A stretch of 64,000 nucleotides of DNA, from positions 352,001 to 416,000 of the forward strand of contig CAVYYI010000003.1 of NCBI GenBank assembly GCA_963772725.1, in the 5' to 3' direction. Shown here piece after piece: positions 1-11,882 of this stretch (positions are counted from its first letter, which is position 1; each line of letters starts with the position of its first letter). Position numbers and translations under genes: made by a program. A model generated the notes under the pieces. It was not told where the DNA came from. It worked only from the letters and a program-made list of their open reading frames with translations, and did no database searches. This DNA is from an uncultured Phycisphaerales bacterium. GTDB lineage: Bacteria; Planctomycetota; Phycisphaerae; Sedimentisphaerales; Anaerobacaceae.

Positions 1-1908
<1,908 letters not shown>

Positions 1909-1957
1909 GATTCGTACCTCCTAAAAAGTAAATAAGCTTTTTTACGACTAACTAACG

Positions 1958-3472
1958 TTAAGCCGTTTCTTTTTGAACCGCCTTGTACAAGACACCCTTT
2001 TTAACAAAGTCATATCTTTTAAGTAGAAACTCCGGACAATATCCCGCCACCGGCGAAACAACATATACTGCCCGCTCAGCAAAGAGCCTGTCTATTGCAT
2101 CTTCGCCGTAATTCTTCATATTATCTATTGTGCCGTGACTGGAAACAATTATAACATCTTTGCGTTTGCTTTCGAGTCTCTGTTTAATCACGAGCGGATA
2201 AGCCGTAGTACCATCCGCATAAATTACCGCGTCTTTTTCAACTCCATCAAGGGCCTCATCCACAAATTTATCTGCACCACAGTAACCTGTCTTCCACGGA
2301 CAAAGAAAATAAGCATATTCATCCCGATATGGAACTGTCCTCTTTGTACCGAGATTTATCTTCATATTTTCCGTTGCTTTCGGCGCCGCCGCATAAACTC
2401 CAATTGGTACAAAACTGAAAAATAATGACAGAAACACAAAAACTTTTTTATATGACATTTTCCGCAAAAAGTATATTCCGTATCCGATTAAAATCGCTGC
2501 AACGCAGTAAAAAGGCGTAAAAAACGAAAACCTGTCCGGTATCGTATAGCGAAAAGCAAAAACAAAAAACAGCACAAACAGCGTAAAAAGAATATTCCTG
2601 AAAGCCCTCTCCACCGGTAACTTAAATAGGCCATAACAACCAACAAGGAAAAGCAGAATATTAGGTGTCGGAAAGTTAAGAATAATAAACAGAAAATTTT
2701 CCTTCACAATCTTTGCCGACATCGAAGTATTCAGTACCGCTCCTTCCCAACTCCTGCCGAACGCCGCCGACGCCAGAATCGCGCCTATATTACCTGTCTG
2801 TATAATATTTTTAAGTATCAGGTATTCATAAGGCAGCGTCCCGACAATCCAGAAGAGTATAATAACTGCGAGATTTCTAAACCTTATTTCTTTCCTCCAC
2901 AGCAGCGTAACAAAAAATACCGCATAGCACAAAAGCGGCAATGTTCCAAGCATGTGGTCTGCGATCGACAACCCGTTAAATAATCCCAGCAGATAAAGAA
3001 AAATCACACGGCGGCGTTTGATATATTGCAGAAGCATTACCAACTCCGCAAGAAACAACGCAATATACAGAGTATAAGTCTCAACTACGCAGGCATGACT
3101 CCAGAACGTGTGAGAAACTCCAAGGCTGATTGCCCCTATTGTCGCCGCCCAGTTATCTTTCAGCCAAATCTGTATAAGTATAAACAGATTCGCAACAGCA
3201 ACGGCTGCCGCAATCGCGCTTACAAGATTTATTCTGTAGATCACCGACCCTATCGGCATAAATTTTGCCCCGATGGCTATTATGTAAAATAATGGATGCG
3301 ATAACGCAAGGCCCAGTCCGCCCTCTATATCGTTGTGTAATGTGCGATACTGAATCATTCCGCTATCCTGCCACAACAGCCCCGGCGAACAGGTAACAGC
3401 GTAAAATAAAGCCGCCAGAGCGAATACTATCGCATACTGCTTGAATAATTTCGGCTTGACCGCCGCAGACAA
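1958..3472 (-). CDS. DUF2723/TMEM260-like membrane glycosyltransferase (GT-C fold)
   Basis: WQDSG...SHPLFY, FWSHACVVETYTL motifs; many TM helices plus C-terminal soluble domain. Confidence 0.75.
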   Translation of the reverse strand: MSAAVKPKLFKQYAIVFALAALFYAVTCSPGLLWQDSGMIQYRTLHNDIEGGLGLALSHPLFYIIAIGAKFMPIGSVIYRINLVSAIAAAVAVANLFILIQIWLKDNWAATIGAISLGVSHTFWSHACVVETYTLYIALFLAELVMLLQYIKRRRVIFLYLLGLFNGLSIADHMLGTLPLLCYAVFFVTLLWRKEIRFRNLAVIILFWIVGTLPYEYLILKNIIQTGNIGAILASAAFGRSWEGAVLNTSMSAKIVKENFLFIILNFPTPNILLFLVGCYGLFKLPVERAFRNILFTLFVLFFVFAFRYTIPDRFSFFTPFYCVAAILIGYGIYFLRKMSYKKVFVFLSLFFSFVPIGVYAAAPKATENMKINLGTKRTVPYRDEYAYFLCPWKTGYCGADKFVDEALDGVEKDAVIYADGTTAYPLVIKQRLESKRKDVIIVSSHGTIDNMKNYGEDAIDRLFAERAVYVVSPVAGYCPEFLLKRYDFVKKGVLYKAVQKETA

Positions 3473-3489
3473 TGTATTATCACGAGAAA

Positions 3490-4464
3490 CTATTTTCCTG
3501 CTCCCGCCCGCCTGCAGCTCTCAATAATTAGTTTCAGCATTTCATCCAGATTTACTTTAGGCTCCCACCCGATTGCCTGCTTGATTCGCTCAAGATTCGG
3601 CACCCGCCTCATCATATCATCTATCGGCTTTCCATAAGCCGCCTCATACGACACAAACACCTTTTTACTCTTGCTGCCGGTCATTGCGATTATTTTATCC
3701 GCCAGAGCTTCAACTGTAATTTCTTCAGTCGAACCGATGTTATAAACCTTGCCCGCCGCTTTTTCGTTATTCATCAATCCGGTAATCGCGTCCACAACAT
3801 CGCCGACATAACCGAAACATCTGCTCTGCTTGCCCGTACCATAAATTGTAACCGGCTCATTTCGCAGAGCACTTTGAACAAATCGCGGCACCACCATTCC
3901 GTATTGTCCCGTCTGTCTCGGCCCAATAGTATTGAAAAATCTGCCTATCACAACACCCAGGCCATACTGCTGATAAAAGGCCAGCCCCAGGAATTCATCT
4001 ATCGCTTTGCTGCACGCGTAAGACCATCGCGACAAACTCGTACTGCCCAGCACAATATCGTCCTCTTCACTAAACGGTATTGTTTCACTCTTGCCATAAA
4101 CTTCGCTGCTCGATGCTATAAGTATTCTTCTCTTAAATTTATTAGCCGCCTCAAGCACAATTTCCGTCCCGTTAATATTCGTCTCTATTGTGCGAACCGG
4201 ATAATCCGCTATCAGTTTCACTCCGACCGCCGCGGCCAAATGATAAATAACATCGCACGCGCCAGCCAGGTCTTCTATCAGTTCGACATTACAAATATCC
4301 CCCTCGACAAATTTAAACTTCCGATGCCCCTTAAAACCCTCGATATTTGTCAAACTTCCCGTGCTGAGATTATCCACCGCGACAACATAATTGCCTTGCT
4401 TGAGCATTCGCTCTGCCAGATGAGAACCTATAAAGCCCGCCCCGCCTGTTATCAATATTTTCAT
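3490..4464 (-). CDS. NAD-dependent nucleotide-sugar epimerase/dehydratase (SDR)
   Basis: Start reassigned to MKILITGGAGFIGSHL; ASSSEVYG; YACSK (YxxxK); RFFNTIGPRQ. Confidence 0.9.
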   Translation of the reverse strand: MKILITGGAGFIGSHLAERMLKQGNYVVAVDNLSTGSLTNIEGFKGHRKFKFVEGDICNVELIEDLAGACDVIYHLAAAVGVKLIADYPVRTIETNINGTEIVLEAANKFKRRILIASSSEVYGKSETIPFSEEDDIVLGSTSLSRWSYACSKAIDEFLGLAFYQQYGLGVVIGRFFNTIGPRQTGQYGMVVPRFVQSALRNEPVTIYGTGKQSRCFGYVGDVVDAITGLMNNEKAAGKVYNIGSTEEITVEALADKIIAMTGSKSKKVFVSYEAAYGKPIDDMMRRVPNLERIKQAIGWEPKVNLDEMLKLIIESCRRAGAGK

Positions 4465-4465
4465 T

Positions 4466-6121
4466 TTATCCCCTTCTCTGGAAAACAAAAACATTAAATT
4501 GAGACCGAGGCGAATAACCCGCCGCACGCTCACCCCAGCAGTAAATCGGCGAACCACCCGTAATATCCACCACCCCGACAGGCTCATAATATTTTTGTCT
4601 GTAATGTTCCATCCACTCAAAAACCTTTTTCGTGGAATTTGGCCGCATTAGCCAAGAAGTAGGAATATTCACAAAAACCAAAAATTTCGGCATAGCGTTT
4701 TCCACCTGGCTTATCATCTCATCCTGCATCTGCAAAGCATAAGGATGCTCTTCCATCAGCGGATACGCGTAAACATACGCCGTCGCGGACCGCCTGCCCG
4801 AATAAAAAAATATCTGGGGTTCAGACCCCAGTATCGCAATCTTGTCATCCTTATTTGAATGCTCCTTAATGTACCGGGCAATCTCAAGCGATTCAGTAAA
4901 AGGATTGATTCCATAAGTTTTCTGGCACGCCTGCTCCGGACTCATCTCAAAGAAAAACTCACGCTGTTGATAAATGCTAAAAAGCAGAACCGCCGCCACA
5001 ACGATTGTCGATATTACCCCCGCCGTTAAGGCTGAACCGCTTTTTGTTATAATATCCCTGATGAACAACGCCCCGATACCGGCGAGCATCGCGACCGCGG
5101 GCAGAACAAAAATAAAATAATGCTCGCGGAAATAAAACCCCGGACAGGTTGCCAAAAAAGAAAAAATCAGAAATCCGCAGACAAAAAAACTGTATCGCCG
5201 AAAATCTCTCTTCAAAAATAAGCCTATAAGACCGATACCGCCAAGCATCCAAATCAAAATAGTCGAACCGACAATACTCTTCATCGTTATTTTCAATATA
5301 TCCAGCCCAACCTTTAACGGTATCATCGAAACATACTGGCGGGCATAGTCAAACGTCCAGAACCAGAACTTCTCAAACACTCCCACCTGCCATAAAATAA
5401 GGCATGTTAAAATAAAAGGAAATACCACTGCCGCTGAAAATAATAGCCATCTGGCGGCTAACACTTGCCATTTAAAGGGCTTATGCTGAATTTCCCTGAA
5501 CAAAAAATACAGCCCGCCAAACATAATAAACGCCGCTCCGTGCTGTTTCATCATAAACGCAATTCCAAACAGCAATCCGGCGGCTAAAAGATTCCACCAT
5601 CGACGATTTTTCTCGCAATGAACCAGCAGCAAAATCCCTGCGAGCGCCGGAAGAATCACAAAATGTTCCGCGTTCGCGAAAACACCCAGAACCTGTTGAC
5701 TCATCGAAAGCACCGCGAAACAACCCGCCGCCGTTACAGCGGCAAAGTAATCGAAAAATTCTCTGACAAGCAGAAACACCAGTAAAATTGTTCCGGCGTT
5801 AATCAAAAGCAGTCCGAAATGAATCCCGCCGAGCGTCTGGCCGAAAACCGCCATAATCCCCGCATAAGCCGCGTAAATCCCCGGCATCTTCATATTGTAA
5901 ACCTCAGCATAAGGCGCAACTCCCTGAAGTATCAACTGCCCCGCATAGGCGTACTCTCCTTCATCACGTTCCATCGGAACATTCAGCAGGCGCATTCTCA
6001 CTGCACCGGCAAAAAGGATTATGATAATAACCACCGCCCACGGCCAATAAAGCCTTAAAGGGGGGTTTTGTAAGGGGATATGTTGCTGCAACGGGGCAAC
6101 CTGCTTTTTATTTTTGCTCAT
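4466..6121 (-). CDS. ArnT/PMT-family (GT39-like) membrane glycosyltransferase
   Basis: ERDEGEY motif after TM1, PYAEVYNMKMPG, ANAEHF, MKQH, REHYF; polytopic. Confidence 0.8.
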   Translation of the reverse strand: MSKNKKQVAPLQQHIPLQNPPLRLYWPWAVVIIIILFAGAVRMRLLNVPMERDEGEYAYAGQLILQGVAPYAEVYNMKMPGIYAAYAGIMAVFGQTLGGIHFGLLLINAGTILLVFLLVREFFDYFAAVTAAGCFAVLSMSQQVLGVFANAEHFVILPALAGILLLVHCEKNRRWWNLLAAGLLFGIAFMMKQHGAAFIMFGGLYFLFREIQHKPFKWQVLAARWLLFSAAVVFPFILTCLILWQVGVFEKFWFWTFDYARQYVSMIPLKVGLDILKITMKSIVGSTILIWMLGGIGLIGLFLKRDFRRYSFFVCGFLIFSFLATCPGFYFREHYFIFVLPAVAMLAGIGALFIRDIITKSGSALTAGVISTIVVAAVLLFSIYQQREFFFEMSPEQACQKTYGINPFTESLEIARYIKEHSNKDDKIAILGSEPQIFFYSGRRSATAYVYAYPLMEEHPYALQMQDEMISQVENAMPKFLVFVNIPTSWLMRPNSTKKVFEWMEHYRQKYYEPVGVVDITGGSPIYCWGERAAGYSPRSQFNVFVFQRRG

Positions 6122-6218
6122 TTGATAGATAGAGTACAGGGTTTAGGGGGTAGGTTATAGTTTACCAAAAGCCCACCAGATTTATCTTGGAGATTATTTC
6201 CCTGCTGATTTATAGCAA

Positions 6219-7032
6219 TCAAATCTCAACCTGTTTTAGCCACTCGCGTATGGGTTTTGCATAAAGTTCGCCCGACACGTCGAACCCATCATTGTGACCG
6301 CCTTTTATCTTCACAAATTTCTTGGGTTCCGGCGCTGCTTCAAATAACGCCTCACCAAACCGGTACGGACAAATCTTGTCTTCCGGACTGTGTACTACCA
6401 TCACTGGACATTTTACCTTTTTAATATTATCCAGCGTCGGATACTTATACTGGCTCAAAATAGCAACCAGCCACTTAGGCTGATATATCGCCCCTACATC
6501 TTTTACTGATGTAAAACCGCTCTCAATCCAAAGCCCAGCGGGCCTTACCCGCGTTGCCAGCTCTGTTGCGATACTCGATCCCAGCGACCTTCCAAATACC
6601 ACAATTGAATTCGGTTCGGCCTTTTTGGTTTCCCTCAGCCAGTTCCACGCTGCCATCGCATCTTGATATGTACCCTTCTCACTTGGGACACCTTTGCTCC
6701 TGCCATAACCGCGGTAATCAATCATCATACAGTTGCAGACCTGAATCAGTGATAAACTTTGCCGTACTGATACAGCCGCTGATATTGCCGCCATTTCCAT
6801 GAAAAAACAACACTGTCAGCTTCGCGTTAAAGCAGGGAAAATACCAGCCGTTAATCAGGTTGCCCGATGAATCGATAAAAACTTCTTGGTATTCAATGCC
6901 TCTTTTGTCAGGAGTCGTGAATATTTCTTTTGAAGGTACATATACGAATTTTTGTGCACACGAGCTAACCGCTAAACCTACGCTGATCACTAAAATTGCT
7001 AATGTTGACACTAAAACCAAAAATCGTTTCAT
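6219..7032 (-). CDS. Alpha/beta hydrolase (ABHD13/BEM46-like), frameshift near 6738
   Basis: LFFHGNGGN in 5' ORF; DYRGYG, GRSLG nucleophile elbow, HSPED and GGHND in 3' ORF. Confidence 0.85.
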
Positions 7033-7525
7033 ACTTCTCCAAAACGAAACTAAAAATCAAGGATGCTCAGCAATCGAAAATTACTTTAGACTCCGTCCCC
7101 GTCGGCTACGCCGAAAATCCGCATAATTATTTCCATTTGCCTCAAATCTCACCCGGAAAATCCTGCCGTATGTCAAACCCGGCAAAACAGATTTGCATCT
7201 CAGGCTTGTCATTACATAAGTATCGTCATATAAAGAACATAGCTTTAGTTAAAGATGCGCCGAGAATCGCAATAATAGCCTGTTCTTTCGATATCATATA
7301 TACCTTCAAAACGACCTATAAGTTCATACTACGTTAAGGTTATCAAAATTATATTATAGGACATCCCAGCGAAAATTACAAACATCCTTATAGCAGTGGG
7401 TTTTCAGCAACACAATGCCCGTTTTTATATGGAAATTCAAAACTTGCGGTCTGCCCATCAGGCCGAGCAACACCGAAAGATTTGCCATGAGCGAACTTGT
7501 CCTGAATACCATCGAAAGAGCTGAA

Positions 7526-8392
7526 TTACCATCTGCGGTAAAATTTAGCGGCTGCCTTTCCCGGACGCCAAAGAGGAGTCAGATTATTGTACCCCGTCTC
7601 TGTCTTTTCCACAGCCATATCATCCGCCTTTAATCTGCTGACATGCCAGTCCGCAAAACCAACATTAACTGTTTTATTCGGATGCCTTCCGCTTATCGCG
7701 TCATCTATCTCGCAGGACCATAGATTTGTCCTCTTTTCATTAAGCTTCATACCCGGTATATAGGCGGTATCCTCCATAAATACCGCTGGATTGACCAGCT
7801 TAACTGGCGGTGCGTCTGTTACATGCCACCAGCTTATGATAGCGTAGCCGCAGTCGGCTATCAAAAACGTGTTGCCGGCATTTGGGATATTAGACATACT
7901 TAATGGCGGTGTCCCCAATGGAGATTTGCCGATAAATTCAGCCTTACTGGTGCCGCCGATGGCATTTGTATATTTAAATACAGAAAGGTTCACACCGTAA
8001 TTGCCGCACAGGACATCGTCTTTATACGGAACATCTTTTATATTTTTGGATGGGCACAAAAGAGCAACCCCCTTCCCACCGTTTCTTCTGGTATAATCAG
8101 AAATATAATTAAACCACCACCAACCCCATCTGTTATACTGCCAGCCTGGGACCCACCCTCCCGGCGGTGCGGTTAAATGGGTATCGTTCAGCGCAAAAGG
8201 CAAGCGATAATTATCGCCCTCATACATTGAAAAACCAAACAGAAGCTGCCTGATATTCGAGCCGCAAAGCACGGTTTTAGCCTGCAGTTTGCAATTGCGC
8301 AGGGCAGGAGTTATTATAGCGGCCAATAACGCGATTATGCCGATAACCGCCAGTAACTCAATAAGGGTAAATCCTGCTCGCTTCATAAACAC
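7526..8392 (-). CDS. Prepilin-type N-terminal cleavage/methylation protein (DUF1559/H-X9-DG-like)
   Basis: AGFTLIELLAVIGIIALLAAIITP, CGSNIRQL, C-terminal RHPNKTVNVGFADWHV. Confidence 0.88.
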   Translation of the reverse strand: MFMKRAGFTLIELLAVIGIIALLAAIITPALRNCKLQAKTVLCGSNIRQLLFGFSMYEGDNYRLPFALNDTHLTAPPGGWVPGWQYNRWGWWWFNYISDYTRRNGGKGVALLCPSKNIKDVPYKDDVLCGNYGVNLSVFKYTNAIGGTSKAEFIGKSPLGTPPLSMSNIPNAGNTFLIADCGYAIISWWHVTDAPPVKLVNPAVFMEDTAYIPGMKLNEKRTNLWSCEIDDAISGRHPNKTVNVGFADWHVSRLKADDMAVEKTETGYNNLTPLWRPGKAAAKFYRRW

Positions 8393-8582
8393 ATCTTACA
8401 CTCCAACTGCTGTTTAATCAAGGATGAAGGATTTCCGATTTTCCATTGCCGATTTCCGATTTGTAATAAAAAACTAGCCCGCGGATAAACCCTTCGGTAA
8501 ACTCAGGGCAGGCCGCGGTGTTTTTGGTTTTATTCTAAGTTCTGAATTCTACATTCCGTGTTCTGTCCTCTTAAAACAGGAT

Positions 8583-8609
8583 GGGCAGGCGAGTTGAACT
8601 CGCCTGCCC
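8583..8609. terminator. Perfect GC-rich hairpin downstream of the C39 gene, probable terminator
   Basis: GGGCAGGCGAGTT-G-AACTCGCCTGCCC; T-run follows on + strand, weaker T-run on - strand. Confidence 0.55.
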
Positions 8610-8717
8610 TTTTCCGACCTCGGCGAATATAGCAGCTATCAAAAAAAACATACGGGCCAGCCGCTGTGAATTCTAAGTCCTTTTAAAAATCACCTCGGCG
8701 AGGACTATACATTCTGT

Positions 8718-10517
8718 TTACAAGCAGGCCCGCATATAAGTAAAGTGCCAATCACCATCACCTACGCAAAGTGTAGGGTACTGAATGTCCTCTATGCACA
8801 TACAATATCTGGACCTTTCCATAACAGGCTGACTGCAGCTTCCGCTATCAGCGGTTCCGCAGCCCCACCTTTTCCAGTATGTGTAAGCATTTCCGCCGCA
8901 AAGCCCCCCGATATAGTCGCACGATATTAAATTATACTCCTGCATAATTCTGTTGCATTGATAATAAGCGGCGCCGGCGATATTGCCGAGCTGGTCATTT
9001 GCGATTTCGGTAAACTGACCGCCGATTGGTTCAGCGGAAATCAGTAGTGCCACACCATCGCTCCAGTCCATATTGAAAAAACCGACATCCGTGCGATAGT
9101 AAAACCTGTCGCTTGTCAGGTCTATGATTCTCACGGAGCTTTCGTCAATACGGTCCAGCACGACGAAATGCTGCTTACCGGGGATATGCAGTATAACCTG
9201 GCAGTTGTTCAGGTTTTTAAGCGAATCGATATCGGTTTGAACGGCCTTACAGTACAGGCCAAGACTTTCGGCAAGCTGCTTCATCGACGAAAGACTTGTC
9301 TTATTGTCCGTACTGTTCACTATCCCGGCAAGCTGCTGCTCAGTAACATTTTTGCCGAGTTTGCCTGTTGTGTATTTCAGTGATTCCGTCGCGCAGTTCT
9401 GCACCTTGGTGCCTTGTCCGGCGGCATAAGCCAGCCTTTCCGCCAGCAGTTGTTCTGTATCGGTGACATTCGAATGATTGTATATTACAGGTTTGGCAGT
9501 AACGGGAGACATATACTCAACCTGTACATCCTGCTCAAGCTGAACTTCAAAACCGTCCGCCCCCGGCAGGTTGCAGTCAACCACGGCAAATGTCCATAAA
9601 TCGTGGCCGAGTAGCTTGTTCGTGCCGGCCTCGATTTGTTCGATTAAAATCATTTGAGGCATCATAATGCCCGCGACCGCCTGATAATTCGAGTATTGCC
9701 TCGAAATAATCCTGGTCGGTGTCTCAGTCGTATAAGACAGGAGCGCATAGTCGATAGCGGTGTCGATTACGAAAGTGAGCCTTTTTTCAGCAGACACGTT
9801 TATGGTTAAAGCTACCACTGTCCGGCCGCCAAGAGTCGTCTCAATCGCCGATGAGTCAACTGTGGTTAAATTGTCATAAGTATAATATCCGTAACCCCAG
9901 GGTACTATCCCGACATTCAAAGGCCCGTTGACGCCCCGAGGCATCTTGCCCGCCGTATCAACCATCGCGTTTTTAGCCGACGCCGCGTAAGTTGTGTATT
10001 TCTGACCGTCCCACGCGAATATCCTTTTGCCGTTCCAGTTGACATTGAATTCGTCGGTCATGAAATTATTCTCTACGTCTTTACCAGGCTTTACCGAATC
10101 GCTGCGCGAGGTTACTTCTATTTCCCAATAGAATTTTTCGCCGTCGTATTTCACCGTTTCATTCGAAATCATCGTGGACTCGTTGGCCAATTCGTAGCGG
10201 GTATTGAACGGAATCGCGTCGAGCTTCATTTTCTGCATTTCTTCGGTCAGTTCAATCTTATTGGTACTGTTCTGGTAATCCGCGACTTTTTGCTTGATTT
10301 GACGGTTAATCTCGGTGGGGTCAGTTATTTTAGGCGCCTTGTATTCCTCGTGTACCGCTTTAACCGTCCCGGCGGAAATCCAGGCTTTTCGCGGCTTGCC
10401 TGTCAATTGGCCAAAAAGCTGCAGCACCTCGCTTCTCTGCAACTGCCTGTCGGCAAAAACATCACCACAGAACAGCAATAACAAAACAATTGTTATTAGG
10501 CTTTTTATGGTCTTCAT
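8718..10517 (-). CDS. Secreted protein: N-terminal beta-rich domain + peptidase C39 domain + double-glycine-like motif + Cys-rich tail
   Basis: Start MKTIKSLITIVLLLLFCGDVFA (signal peptide, RBS AAGGAG); QNCATESL...TSLSSMKQLAESLGL...VILHIPGKQHFVVLD...VRIID...W matches the C39 Cys-His-Asp pattern. Confidence 0.75.
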   Translation of the reverse strand: MKTIKSLITIVLLLLFCGDVFADRQLQRSEVLQLFGQLTGKPRKAWISAGTVKAVHEEYKAPKITDPTEINRQIKQKVADYQNSTNKIELTEEMQKMKLDAIPFNTRYELANESTMISNETVKYDGEKFYWEIEVTSRSDSVKPGKDVENNFMTDEFNVNWNGKRIFAWDGQKYTTYAASAKNAMVDTAGKMPRGVNGPLNVGIVPWGYGYYTYDNLTTVDSSAIETTLGGRTVVALTINVSAEKRLTFVIDTAIDYALLSYTTETPTRIISRQYSNYQAVAGIMMPQMILIEQIEAGTNKLLGHDLWTFAVVDCNLPGADGFEVQLEQDVQVEYMSPVTAKPVIYNHSNVTDTEQLLAERLAYAAGQGTKVQNCATESLKYTTGKLGKNVTEQQLAGIVNSTDNKTSLSSMKQLAESLGLYCKAVQTDIDSLKNLNNCQVILHIPGKQHFVVLDRIDESSVRIIDLTSDRFYYRTDVGFFNMDWSDGVALLISAEPIGGQFTEIANDQLGNIAGAAYYQCNRIMQEYNLISCDYIGGLCGGNAYTYWKRWGCGTADSGSCSQPVMERSRYCMCIEDIQYPTLCVGDGDWHFTYMRACL

Positions 10518-10844
10518 AAAACTTCTCCTTACTCCCCCTAAAATTAAAAAATTTAAATGGTACCTTACCATTTTTTTCCCTATACACGGCAATGATAAAA
10601 AACACTTCTATAAATCGGCGTTTTTAGAGGGGTAAAATGTGACAGTTTTTTTGAAATTTTTGTAAAAAAATGTGAAAAAGTGTAAAAAAACCGTCCGTTT
10701 GTGTAATTTTTTGATAAATTCATACCCCCAAAAAACGTATGAATTTAATATGATTTGCTAACGGCAGGTTTTAGTCCGATAACATTACTAATTTTTTGAC
10801 GCAAAAACACAGCTATGGCCGCTTTTATGCCTCAAAACAATTGA

Positions 10845-11483
10845 CTATTCTGTTTCTTCAAGCCAATAATCGCAAAACATAACCAAATCATCTATATCAA
10901 TTTTGCTGTCGGTATTGTGAAAATTCACTTTTTCGCAGTCGCCCTGGCAGTTTTGTTCCTGCCAATATGAGGCAAAAGTGGTAAAATCGACAAAATCAAC
11001 GATTTTGCTGTTATCGAAATCGCGTGTAGGGACATGGACAAAAGTGCTTTCATGGATCGGCACAGGATTGTCAAAGTAATTTTCATAGAGCTTTACTGTG
11101 CAGTTACCCTCTTGAAGAGCATTATAATCAACAAGAAACCAATCACCTATGTTCCCTAATCCGCTATATTCGAAGCCGTCCTGTCCTGCATCATCATCGT
11201 GCAGAAAGCATATAAAAGCATCTGGATGTGCAGCCGCCAGGAGAGAACCTTCATCTAATACTCCACGGTCCCAGTCGGGTCTTTCGATAACCATATCATA
11301 ATAGTAATCATTTGTTACGATGGTGTCTGAACTAACAATAAGGGTAAGTTTAGTGCCGACCATTACCTCATTATAAAGCAGAGGTGTATTGCCGTCGGCC
11401 AGGCATACTCTTACTGAAAACTCCCCTTTGACCGCCTGTGTCATTCCCAAAAACAGAAATAATAATATCAGTTTCTTTTTCAT
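10845..11483 (-). CDS. Secreted hypothetical protein with C-terminal dockerin-like (EF-hand-like) tag
   Basis: Signal peptide MKKKLILLFLFLGMTQAVKG; DFDNSKIVDFVDFTTFASYW...IDIDDLVMFCDYWL. Confidence 0.7.
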   Translation of the reverse strand: MKKKLILLFLFLGMTQAVKGEFSVRVCLADGNTPLLYNEVMVGTKLTLIVSSDTIVTNDYYYDMVIERPDWDRGVLDEGSLLAAAHPDAFICFLHDDDAGQDGFEYSGLGNIGDWFLVDYNALQEGNCTVKLYENYFDNPVPIHESTFVHVPTRDFDNSKIVDFVDFTTFASYWQEQNCQGDCEKVNFHNTDSKIDIDDLVMFCDYWLEETE

Positions 11484-11882
11484 AATCCGCCTCCTCAAAA
11501 AGACATTTAAACAGTCCTATGCGTTCTAATCTCGCCAAAAGCATTACAACGTCAGGGCTTAGCCGTAAACTTTTTAAAAATCGGGAACATTTTTAGGAGG
11601 GGGAAACGATGTGAATTACACCTATTCTGTCCAAACGGCAATATATTTTGCCCTAATTCATCATCCTATCCTCCTCTACACATTAAGAGGAAATTTACAG
11701 CATTTCAGATGTTAAGTCAAGAAGAAAAAGCGGGTTTGAAAAAAATATTGTTAAAATAGGGAAAATATGAAATGGCAAAATAATTGTCAGTTATGAATAG
11801 AGAGGCGAAAGGTTATTTTGTACCTACCAAACAATTCCCTGGTGTTTTATATTAGCTGAACAGCTGAATAAGTTTTCAATTA

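Noticed and set aside
6996..7520. Short ORFs or ncRNA in the spacer between hydrolase and prepilin genes
   Set aside because: No recognisable motif, RBS or clear structure
10760..10830. GACGCAAA suggesting a c-di-GMP-I riboswitch
   Set aside because: No convincing P1/P2 pairing and it lies on the opposite strand to the flanking genes
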